Source: a virus (Duplodnaviria; Caudoviricetes). Taken from it: a stretch of DNA of 26,295 nt. Position numbers and translations under genes: made by a program. Numbering within the stretch: position 1 is the stretch's first letter; every line of letters begins with the position of its first letter. The stretch is from positions 1-26,295 of the IMG/VR virus record IMGVR_UViG_3300038478_000010, one strand, 5' to 3'. Below are positions 17,300 through 24,453 of the stretch, one piece after another. The notes under the pieces are model-generated. The model was not told the origin of the DNA and ran no database searches. It saw only the letters and a program-made list of their open reading frames with translations.

Positions 17300-18981
17300 T
17301 TGTCCTCGTCTCCCTCGTCACCATCCGGCTCCTGGTGCTCAGGCGTCGGCGGCGCATTCTCGGCCTTGGACTTGTTCGCGGAGTCGGTCTCGTCCTTCTT
17401 TAGCGCCGAGCCCTTGGCCGCGTGGTACTCGGCGATCGTGACGTCGCCGCCAGGGATCGGTGGAAGACCGTTCATCTCCCGCGCCTCGTTGACCTTGACG
17501 ACTTGCGCAGGGTCCACGTCCGTGAACGGGAGCTTGCTCTGGTTTGTCCCGCCCATGCCGCTCGAGACGGGCTGCGTAATCTTGAACTCGGGGAGTCCCT
17601 CGAAGCCCATGGCCGCCGAGGCCCACTGACGCATCTTCTCTTCTTCCTTGAACTCCCAGCCGCCGCGACGGCCGACCTCCACACCCGTCATGAATTTCTG
17701 GAATCGGCCTACCTTCGCGTCGATCTGATCGAGCGGAGTAACGTCCCACTCGGTCGTTGGCGCCAACTCGGGGTCCCCGAAGTTGAAGAGCGCGAACGGT
17801 CGGATCACCTGGTTTCGCAGCGTGTATCGCCATGCCGCGTTGTCCGCCTGGATGCCGTTCTGTCGCACATCCATGTGGCCCTGGACCGCGGCATAGGAGC
17901 CGGTCTTCACCTCGGTGGTGAGATTCTGGAACATGAGCGCGAGCACGATCGCCATGTCGCATTGACCGATGAGGGCGGAGAAGACCTCCCAGGCTGGGTC
18001 TTTGGCCTCTACCAGATTGAACCCGTAGCTGTTCTGTTCGTCCACCCCCTTGCCCAGAAGGAGGGTGGTCTCCGTCCCGAGCGCGGCCACCTGCGCGGCA
18101 TACTGGGATCGCTCCGTTGCGTCCGCGCTGGCCGGCGTCTCGGCGACGCGAATGGGCAGCCCGTGGACCTCAGAGTAACGGGCCATGTCGCGGAAGGCGA
18201 AGTGTCGCAGCAACCAGGGCTCGGCGACGGCGCGGACGGCACCGAAGATCCACGCGCGGTACGGGTCGTACTTCGAGTGGAGGAGCCATTTTCCGTCACC
18301 CGGCTCGATCGGGATCTGCCCGTCCTGCGAAAGCGCGATGTACCTGCGCAGGCCCCAGTGCCAATAGGTGTAGCGGTTGTTCCAGAACTTTGCGGTGGGC
18401 TTCCAGATCGGCGTCGTGGTGTCCCATACGAGTTGAGCGGGCGCCCACCCAAGTCCGATCTCGTACTCGCTGATCGTGCGCAAGGCCGGGCCGCCTGCGA
18501 ACTGCGGCCAGCACTCCGCCCAGGCGTCGCAGCACTCCTTCGCGGCCTTCGAATCGTTGGCTGGCGTGTGACGAACGTCTCGACCGAACAGGCCCGCGGT
18601 GCGCGATCCCAGCGTCGCCGTTACTCTGTCGTCGCCGCGAATCGACTCCCACAGTTGAGCCACCACCTCGAAGATCCCGTTCAGGTTCGTGGCCAGCGCT
18701 TGGCGAACGGCCTGGACCGTCCAGTAACTCTGGAGCTGAACAAATGGGATCTCGCGGTAGTAAATCTCCGCAATGGCCTTGCGTCCCTGGAGCTTGAGCG
18801 GGTCGAAGGCGACGAATCCAGGGTCGTCGCGGATGATTCCGGTGGGGCCGGCCTGCGTATCAATCGCCTTCGCTGCGTCCTCCATCGAGAACACTTGCGT
18901 ACCCGGAGGAGCCTCCCAGCCCTTGGGTGGCGGACCGTTCACGTGACGGGGAGGCTTGTACTCCGGGGGCGCGTCAGCCAC
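17296..18981 (-). CDS. Portal protein (Mu gp29 / DUF935-like)
   Basis: YSEVHGLP, LIGQCDMAIVLALMFQNLTTEVKTGSYAAVQGHMDVR, NQVIRPFALFNFG are DUF935-type motifs. Located between terminase and protease. Confidence 0.88.
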   Translation of the reverse strand: MADAPPEYKPPRHVNGPPPKGWEAPPGTQVFSMEDAAKAIDTQAGPTGIIRDDPGFVAFDPLKLQGRKAIAEIYYREIPFVQLQSYWTVQAVRQALATNLNGIFEVVAQLWESIRGDDRVTATLGSRTAGLFGRDVRHTPANDSKAAKECCDAWAECWPQFAGGPALRTISEYEIGLGWAPAQLVWDTTTPIWKPTAKFWNNRYTYWHWGLRRYIALSQDGQIPIEPGDGKWLLHSKYDPYRAWIFGAVRAVAEPWLLRHFAFRDMARYSEVHGLPIRVAETPASADATERSQYAAQVAALGTETTLLLGKGVDEQNSYGFNLVEAKDPAWEVFSALIGQCDMAIVLALMFQNLTTEVKTGSYAAVQGHMDVRQNGIQADNAAWRYTLRNQVIRPFALFNFGDPELAPTTEWDVTPLDQIDAKVGRFQKFMTGVEVGRRGGWEFKEEEKMRQWASAAMGFEGLPEFKITQPVSSGMGGTNQSKLPFTDVDPAQVVKVNEAREMNGLPPIPGGDVTIAEYHAAKGSALKKDETDSANKSKAENAPPTPEHQEPDGDEGDEDK

Positions 18982-18984
18982 GGC

Positions 18985-19491
18985 TTACTCGGCCGCTGCC
19001 GGCTGGCCCGCATCCATCGCCTTGCGGCGCTCGTGCTCGGCCTTGAGGATGTACCGGGTAAAGAGCTTGCCCGACGCAAACTCGTTCATGTCGCGGCGCA
19101 TGAACTCCCAATACTTCCAGTGCTGATGCGTTTCTGCGGGCGCGGACAGGTGGGTGTCCGGCATCATTCCGCCCTGGCTAACCGGCACATCGATCTTCTC
19201 CGGCCACGTGTAGTCAACCAGGTCGATCACGCGACCCTGTTTCGACGTGCGCGACGTCTGGATCTTCGCCCGAAAGCTGCTCCCCGTCAGCGGAGAGACG
19301 CATTCCTCGTACGTGATCGGGTCAGACGGCCTGTCCTGCCCGCGCACGAGTTTCATGGCCTTGTCGAAATCGACTTCGTCGGCCTTGCCCTTAACCTGGG
19401 CCTCAGCGATTCCAGCGCGTACCTGAGCGTCGATCAGCGCCTTGAGCGCATCGACATCCATCGTGACCGTTTTCGGCTCGTCCTTCGGCAT
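18985..19491 (-). CDS. Hypothetical protein (168 aa) between terminase and portal
   Basis: Start re-assigned to MPKDEPK because of a perfect AGGAGG SD at 19501-19506. Ends 3 nt before the portal start. Confidence 0.75.
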   Translation of the reverse strand: MPKDEPKTVTMDVDALKALIDAQVRAGIAEAQVKGKADEVDFDKAMKLVRGQDRPSDPITYEECVSPLTGSSFRAKIQTSRTSKQGRVIDLVDYTWPEKIDVPVSQGGMMPDTHLSAPAETHQHWKYWEFMRRDMNEFASGKLFTRYILKAEHERRKAMDAGQPAAAE

Positions 19492-19519
19492 GGGGGTAGT
19501 CCTCCTGTGCAGCGTCTCG

Positions 19520-19562
19520 CTGACACTGACGTCAGTGTCAGTGAAGGCGCTTGACAAGTCAA
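19520..19562 (-). promoter_or_regulatory. Promoter-like element with palindromic operator copy 2
   Basis: TTGACT (19562-19557) N17 GACACT (19539-19534). The -10-like hexamer lies inside the perfect palindrome CTGACACTGACGTCAGTGTCAG (19520-19541). Confidence 0.65.
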
Positions 19563-20921
19563 CTACAACCCGCTGTAGCCAGGCCTCCCCATGCTTCTCG
19601 GTGCGGCTACCGCCCCCCCGAGCGCCCCGTCACAGAGGGACACCAGCGCGTCAATCTCGTCGTCGTCCCCGTCCTTGTCTGCCCCTCGGAATGACGCCAT
19701 CCGAGACAGGAACCCTGGCGCCCAGAGTGCGTTGCCAGGCGTGTAAATGTCTCCGTCGTTCCAACGTCTGGCCGTGCGCTCCGATCGAACCAGCTTGTTG
19801 AATCGCGCCGGCATCCGGCCCATTGGAATACCGCGCTCGATGAGGAGGTTCGACAGGCCAATCTCGGGTCCGCTCTGATAGCTCCAGATCACGCTACGCC
19901 CGTACTTGTTCTGCGACGCCTTGAGCGTGGACTCGATCTGGTGGGCATCGATCTTGTGCCGCTGGACCTCAACAATGTAGACCTTTTTGCCGTGGATCTG
20001 CGCCACGACAAGGGCGAAGTAGTCGGACCCCTCGCCCTGGGTGAACGCGAAGTCACATCCGTAGGCCATCCGGTATGGGGTGGACGGTAGCGTCGCGTAC
20101 AAGTGCGGATCGCCGAATCGGTTGCCGCCGGGTGGCCTTGGCTGGCACATGAGCTGCGCCCACCAGATCCGCTCGGTCGGGTCCTTTTCTGCGAGCTCCA
20201 GCCTCATGGCCTTGAGCCCAGCGAGCGGCCACACGCCCGGCGCAAAGGCGCGCTCGTTGGCCCCGCCCTCGTCGAGGATGGCCGGATGGGACAGGTACGT
20301 CCAGGGCGGCGTTCGGCGCCAACGGCGTCGTCCCATGGGATCGTCCGGGTGCCACGGGGAGGCGACGATGAGTACGGGCCCGGGCTTCCCTTTCCGCATG
20401 CACCGCGCGGTGTAGTGGGCGATCGTGTCGTCCACAGTGTCTCGTACGCGCAACTCGTAGGCCCCGTGCTCGTCGATCGGGTCGTCGGCGATCAGGCATC
20501 CGCAGTCGTACCCTAGTCGGCTCTGTTCGGCTGACATGGTGAGCACGCCGCCGCCTCGGTCGTTGGACCAGTGCTCGATCGTATTCGTTCCCCGCGATGG
20601 GCCGATGTTGGTCCCAAACTGGCGGTCACACGACTGAGCGAGATCGCGTATGGCCTTGCCGGTGTCCTGGGCCTTTTGGTGCGAGTGCGTGAGGTAAATG
20701 ACGGGGCACGTGGGGTCGCGCAGCAGTATTTTGATAACGCCGTGCCACGTGGTGCGGCTCTTGTAGTGGCGAATCGGCTCGGCGTTGATGGCCCGGATCG
20801 CCTCCCCTTCCGCCGCGCGGTCGAGAAGGCCACACCAGTCGGACAGGTGCTCAGGCCGATTGAACTCCGGCGACAGTCGCGGGATCAGATCGATGGTCGG
20901 CAGCTCGGCAACTTGGTCCAC
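19563..20921 (-). CDS. terL: Terminase large subunit
   Basis: Walker A-like EPIRHYKS, Walker B CLIADDP, coupling motif ASPWHPDD, RNase H-like nuclease residues GCDFA...SDY and DDDEIDA. Confidence 0.9.
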   Translation of the reverse strand: MDQVAELPTIDLIPRLSPEFNRPEHLSDWCGLLDRAAEGEAIRAINAEPIRHYKSRTTWHGVIKILLRDPTCPVIYLTHSHQKAQDTGKAIRDLAQSCDRQFGTNIGPSRGTNTIEHWSNDRGGGVLTMSAEQSRLGYDCGCLIADDPIDEHGAYELRVRDTVDDTIAHYTARCMRKGKPGPVLIVASPWHPDDPMGRRRWRRTPPWTYLSHPAILDEGGANERAFAPGVWPLAGLKAMRLELAEKDPTERIWWAQLMCQPRPPGGNRFGDPHLYATLPSTPYRMAYGCDFAFTQGEGSDYFALVVAQIHGKKVYIVEVQRHKIDAHQIESTLKASQNKYGRSVIWSYQSGPEIGLSNLLIERGIPMGRMPARFNKLVRSERTARRWNDGDIYTPGNALWAPGFLSRMASFRGADKDGDDDEIDALVSLCDGALGGAVAAPRSMGRPGYSGL

Positions 20922-20931
20922 GCCCTGGAGA

Positions 20932-21630
20932 CTACTTCACTCCCGGCCCAAACGCATGCAGGCCGACGTGGGACACCGCTGGGTAGACGCCGCCATGCTC
21001 CAGGTAGATCGCCGGCCGTACGGGTGAGCGGTAGCAAAACGAGTTGTCCTCGGACTCCTGGACGACATCCCCCTCGTGATCCGTCAGGTACATGAGATCG
21101 AAGATTCCGCGCACGACGTCCCTGGATCCGTCCGTTCTCTTGTCGATGTATGCCGGCGAGGCCTCGGACATTGTACGCAGCAATGCCGTGCTGGTCAGCG
21201 TGAAGCCCATGGCAACGCACCGCACCTCCATCCAGTGGCGCTCGGCGTCCTCCCGCGTTGGCTTCGCGCGCCCGTCTAGGATTCGGTGAGACCATGCGGG
21301 GGGTGACATTTTGCGCAGATACGGGGCCGCGATCAGGTCGTGCCCTGTTATGAGCATGCGGACGACTACGGACGGATCGTGCGGCACCACGTCCGAATCC
21401 CACCACAGCACATGCGTCGCTTCCGGCATCTCGCGCAGGACCATGGCTGCGAGCCGGTTGCGAGCCCGAGCGATGTCGCACGAGTATGTGATCGAGGCCG
21501 GAAGCAGCTTCACGTGCTCGAAGTTGTCTCGAAGTAGTAGCGCCAGAGCAGTCGCGTACCCGTTGGCGCAGACAGGTCCTGTCACGCTTGATCCGTCCAC
21601 CGGGGTAGCGATAACCAGGCGGAAGATCAC
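20932..21630 (-). CDS. GT-A fold glycosyltransferase (GT2/Anp1-like), 232 aa
   Basis: GTG 21630 overlaps the GroES stop. Motifs LVIATP, IARARN, THVLWWDSD (DxD), AMGFTL, SEDNSFC, HVG. Confidence 0.8.
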   Translation of the reverse strand: MIFRLVIATPVDGSSVTGPVCANGYATALALLLRDNFEHVKLLPASITYSCDIARARNRLAAMVLREMPEATHVLWWDSDVVPHDPSVVVRMLITGHDLIAAPYLRKMSPPAWSHRILDGRAKPTREDAERHWMEVRCVAMGFTLTSTALLRTMSEASPAYIDKRTDGSRDVVRGIFDLMYLTDHEGDVVQESEDNSFCYRSPVRPAIYLEHGGVYPAVSHVGLHAFGPGVK

Positions 21631-21923
21631 TCCCACACCCCGTCTAGCTCGTTGTGCATGATCCAACTCGCGTCCAGGCCATCCTCGGGCCACGGCGCCG
21701 TGCTCCCGGGCTCGTTGTGATCCCAGTGATACTGAACCTCATCTCCGACCCTGATGGGCCACGGCACCTCATGGCCTCCGTAGATTGAAGGGGCCCCGAG
21801 CGCGAGCACCACGCCCCGATGCGTCTTGACGTCCCTGGGGTTGTCGTCCGGTTGCCACAGCGTGCCCGACGACGGCCGGATCTCGCGTACGACTGCGAAG
21901 CCTCGGCGCGGCGTAATTTTCAC
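21627..21923 (-). CDS. groES: GroES/Cpn10-like co-chaperonin, 98 aa
   Basis: GTG 21923 (GTGA overlap). MKITPRRGFAVVRE...SGTLWQP...RGVVLALG...VPWPIRVGDEVQY...IMHNELDGV follows the Cpn10 pattern. Buried in the 21627..22238 ORF of the track. Confidence 0.75.
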   Translation of the reverse strand: MKITPRRGFAVVREIRPSSGTLWQPDDNPRDVKTHRGVVLALGAPSIYGGHEVPWPIRVGDEVQYHWDHNEPGSTAPWPEDGLDASWIMHNELDGVWE

Positions 21924-22933
21924 TTCGGCTCTCCCATCGTCACTCCGGCCATAGTCGCATGGCCTCGCAGCCAGCAAATGTTGCAGAGTTTGACAAAGTT
22001 CCCGAACGGGACGAGCCCAGGCCGCATCCCACAGCTCGAGCACGGCCCCGGCCCCGGACCTTGCACCCGCTCCACATGGCTCGGCACCTGCCACCAACTC
22101 GGCTCTTGCAGCTCCGCAGTCCGGTACCCGTGCCACGTGACGGTACAGCGCCGGTGATCGTCGATGTGACCGGGCGTGGTCTCGTACGTGGACCCGATGC
22201 TGAGATCGACGTCGGCGATGGCGGGAATCGGGTGCCACACGTCGCGGTCGCTCATGTGGAGCAGCGACGCAAGGGTCACGTCCTCGTGCTCCGTCTGAAA
22301 CTGCGTCAGCTTGCCCGGCGCCCCATCCGGCCGAGCGTCGGATATCGCGAGCAGATCAAGCACCATCTGGATCGAGTCCGGTCCCTGGAGCGGGGCCACG
22401 TACTGGCAGCCGACGAGCCAGCGATCCTTGTACCAACGCCGGCCGTTGTGGGCGAGCTGGCGCGCGTGCGGATGGTTGACCTGGAGCCCGATCCACCGCT
22501 CGGGGTTGGCTGTCACCATGGCGCGCAAGACGGACCAGAAGTGGGGCATGGGCCGCACGTCGTCCTGGAGCTGCACCAGGTGCGTCGCCCCTTGCGCCGC
22601 CATCTCGACGCCCCACTGCCACAGCTCGCGACTCCACACCCAATTCGGCGCCTTCTCGCGAAACTCACGGTAGAACTTCGGTCGCGTGACGAGCATGTCA
22701 CGGAGTTTGGCGAGAGACGCCGCACGTTCGGGCAACCAATCGGCGCAGGTAGGGACCGCGAGGGCGAACACGATCTTGTCGTCACCGGGCGGCGTCGAGC
22801 GTTGGCGGCCGCACTGCGTAGGCGTCTCGCATTCGGGTAGGCCGCAACCGTCGCACAGGTTCACGTCGTCGCCTTCGCCGCTCACGGCCGACTCGTTCCG
22901 CCAGCGTACGGCTTCGGTGTTCGGTAGGGTCAT
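21920..22933 (-). CDS. GT-A-like glycosyltransferase with Cys-rich termini, 337 aa
   Basis: ATG 22933 (ATGA overlap). THLVQLQDDV (DxD-like), HEDVTL. N-terminal CDGC..C...C and C-terminal CSSC-x15-CNIC clusters. Confidence 0.6.
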   Translation of the reverse strand: MTLPNTEAVRWRNESAVSGEGDDVNLCDGCGLPECETPTQCGRQRSTPPGDDKIVFALAVPTCADWLPERAASLAKLRDMLVTRPKFYREFREKAPNWVWSRELWQWGVEMAAQGATHLVQLQDDVRPMPHFWSVLRAMVTANPERWIGLQVNHPHARQLAHNGRRWYKDRWLVGCQYVAPLQGPDSIQMVLDLLAISDARPDGAPGKLTQFQTEHEDVTLASLLHMSDRDVWHPIPAIADVDLSIGSTYETTPGHIDDHRRCTVTWHGYRTAELQEPSWWQVPSHVERVQGPGPGPCSSCGMRPGLVPFGNFVKLCNICWLRGHATMAGVTMGEPK

Positions 22934-23868
22934 GACACTCCTAGAAGCTTGGCCCACATGGGCATGATCTTGGACATTCGGTAGTCGGGCGGTGGACGCG
23001 GCAGCACCCGATCTCGGATCGCGTTCGCCCAGCCCTGCGCGGTGAAACAACACGATCCCGGCACCGTGTCGGGGAGAGCTCCCGGATCGGACTCGGCAAG
23101 CGCGATCGATCGGCACCCGACCGCAGCCGCAAGCGCGTCGGTCATCCCGAAGGTCTCCGCGGCAGTGACGACCCGTACGTGGTGCGAGGCCGATGCGAGC
23201 TGCAAGACAACCTCGCCAGGGGTGATCGTACCGAGCCAGATGACCCCAGGCACGCGACCGCAACGCTCCTTCGCGTCGTCGGGGTGCGAGTACGGTGAGC
23301 CGACGTAGATCGTGCCCCACTCCTCGCGCCACAGGTCGAGCAGTCGATCGGTTCCCTTGTTCCAAGCCGAGACGCACACCATCGCGCTCGTCGGCAGCTT
23401 GTAATTAACCAGTTCGTAGTACGAGTCAGGGATCGGTGGCGGGATCACGACGCATTCGTGACCGAGCTTGCGGTACTCGTTCGCCTGCCATTCCGAGACG
23501 CAGATCAAGGTGGAGCGGCCCTTGAGGTGGGCGAAGTCGTCGGGGCATGGGCGAGGGTCGTCGGTGGCGAGGGTGAAGATGTGGCCCGCATAGACGTCCG
23601 GTAGCTCGGACCTGCGCACGGTCAGCACCACGTCGCGCCGGTAGATTCGCCTCGATTTCCAGGTCGAGTGCTCACGCGAATCGATGTACATGACCCCATC
23701 CTCAATCGCGTCCCGACCGTAATGGCAGCACGCGGTCACGCTCACCCCTCGCGCCGCCAACCACGTCGCGATCTGCACCAGGTGCACCTCCGTCCCGCCC
23801 GTGCCCTTGCTCGCGTTCAGGCTCGGGGACCAGCCGCAGTGGTCGTCGTAGATGAGGAGGGATGTCAC
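22930..23868 (-). CDS. GT-B fold glycosyltransferase (GT4-like)
   Basis: GTGGTEVHLVQIATWLAARGVSV; LICVSEWQ; ETFGMTDALAAAVGC; GALPDTV. Confidence 0.8.
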   Translation of the reverse strand: MTSLLIYDDHCGWSPSLNASKGTGGTEVHLVQIATWLAARGVSVTACCHYGRDAIEDGVMYIDSREHSTWKSRRIYRRDVVLTVRRSELPDVYAGHIFTLATDDPRPCPDDFAHLKGRSTLICVSEWQANEYRKLGHECVVIPPPIPDSYYELVNYKLPTSAMVCVSAWNKGTDRLLDLWREEWGTIYVGSPYSHPDDAKERCGRVPGVIWLGTITPGEVVLQLASASHHVRVVTAAETFGMTDALAAAVGCRSIALAESDPGALPDTVPGSCCFTAQGWANAIRDRVLPRPPPDYRMSKIMPMWAKLLGVS

Positions 23869-24089
23869 GGATCGAACCCACCGGCCTTGGTCAACGCGCG
23901 CATCGCATCAATAAGCGCGTCCTCTAGCGCAACACGCTGCTTTTCGGACGTATCCAGCGCGGCGGCCATATTCTTCATGGCACCGTCGTAGAGAAGTTCA
24001 TTTTGTTTCTTGATCTGATTGCGGAGAGCATCGTTTTCCGCCGTGAGCCGCGCAACCGTAGACCGAAGTTCGTTCGGGGGTTTGCTCAT
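23865..24089 (-). CDS. Small coiled-coil hypothetical protein (74 aa)
   Basis: Start MSKPPNEL via ATGA overlap. Heptad-like helix. Stop overlaps the GT start. Confidence 0.65.
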   Translation of the reverse strand: MSKPPNELRSTVARLTAENDALRNQIKKQNELLYDGAMKNMAAALDTSEKQRVALEDALIDAMRALTKAGGFDP

Positions 24090-24208
24090 GATCCGACCAT
24101 CAACAGCGCAATGGCCCCCGTATCCGACGCCCCGTCCGCAAGCCACAGGTTCCAGTAGATCCACGCCTGCCACGGGTGCACGATCTGGCGGTAGATGCGG
24201 GGGTTCAC
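24086..24208 (-). CDS. Trp-rich 40-aa peptide (MNPRIYRQIVHPWQAWIYWNLWLADGASDTGAIALLMVGS)
   Basis: Not in the ORF track. Bridges its neighbours exactly, with GTGA and ATGA overlaps at both ends. Confidence 0.6.
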   Translation of the reverse strand: MNPRIYRQIVHPWQAWIYWNLWLADGASDTGAIALLMVGS

Positions 24209-24453
24209 TTCCACACCTGCACTCTCGCATCCGGCAACAGCGCTCGCGCGATCGTGGCGCCGTCCCCCTTCGTGACCGTGAGCGTGCCCGAGTTGCCGCC
24301 GCGGGCGAACACGGTCACGCGATCGTGGCCGGGGCCTTGCTCGACACGGACGCAGGAGATCAGGACTTGGTTACGCGGCCTCGAATCATGCGCAACCCGC
24401 TCGAACGTCGCGCCGGCCGCGATGGCGTCACCGACAGTGTTTGCTTCGCTCAT
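24205..24453 (-). CDS. Hypothetical protein (82 aa)
   Basis: MSEANTVG start overlaps the exonuclease stop (ATGA). Confidence 0.6.
   Translation of the reverse strand: MSEANTVGDAIAAGATFERVAHDSRPRNQVLISCVRVEQGPGHDRVTVFARGGNSGTLTVTKGDGATIARALLPDARVQVWK

Noticed and set aside
13593-18981. Transposable Mu-like phage
   Set aside because: The head genes are Mu-like, but no transposase, Mor/C or gam gene is seen, and a RecE-like module is present. This cannot be supported from this window.
17422-19554. 710-aa plus-strand ORF (also 10369-12267, 3528-4871 and other long overlapping ORFs)
   Set aside because: Antisense to clearly recognisable portal, sheath and baseplate genes. R/G/V-rich without motifs, as expected for shadow ORFs in high-GC DNA.
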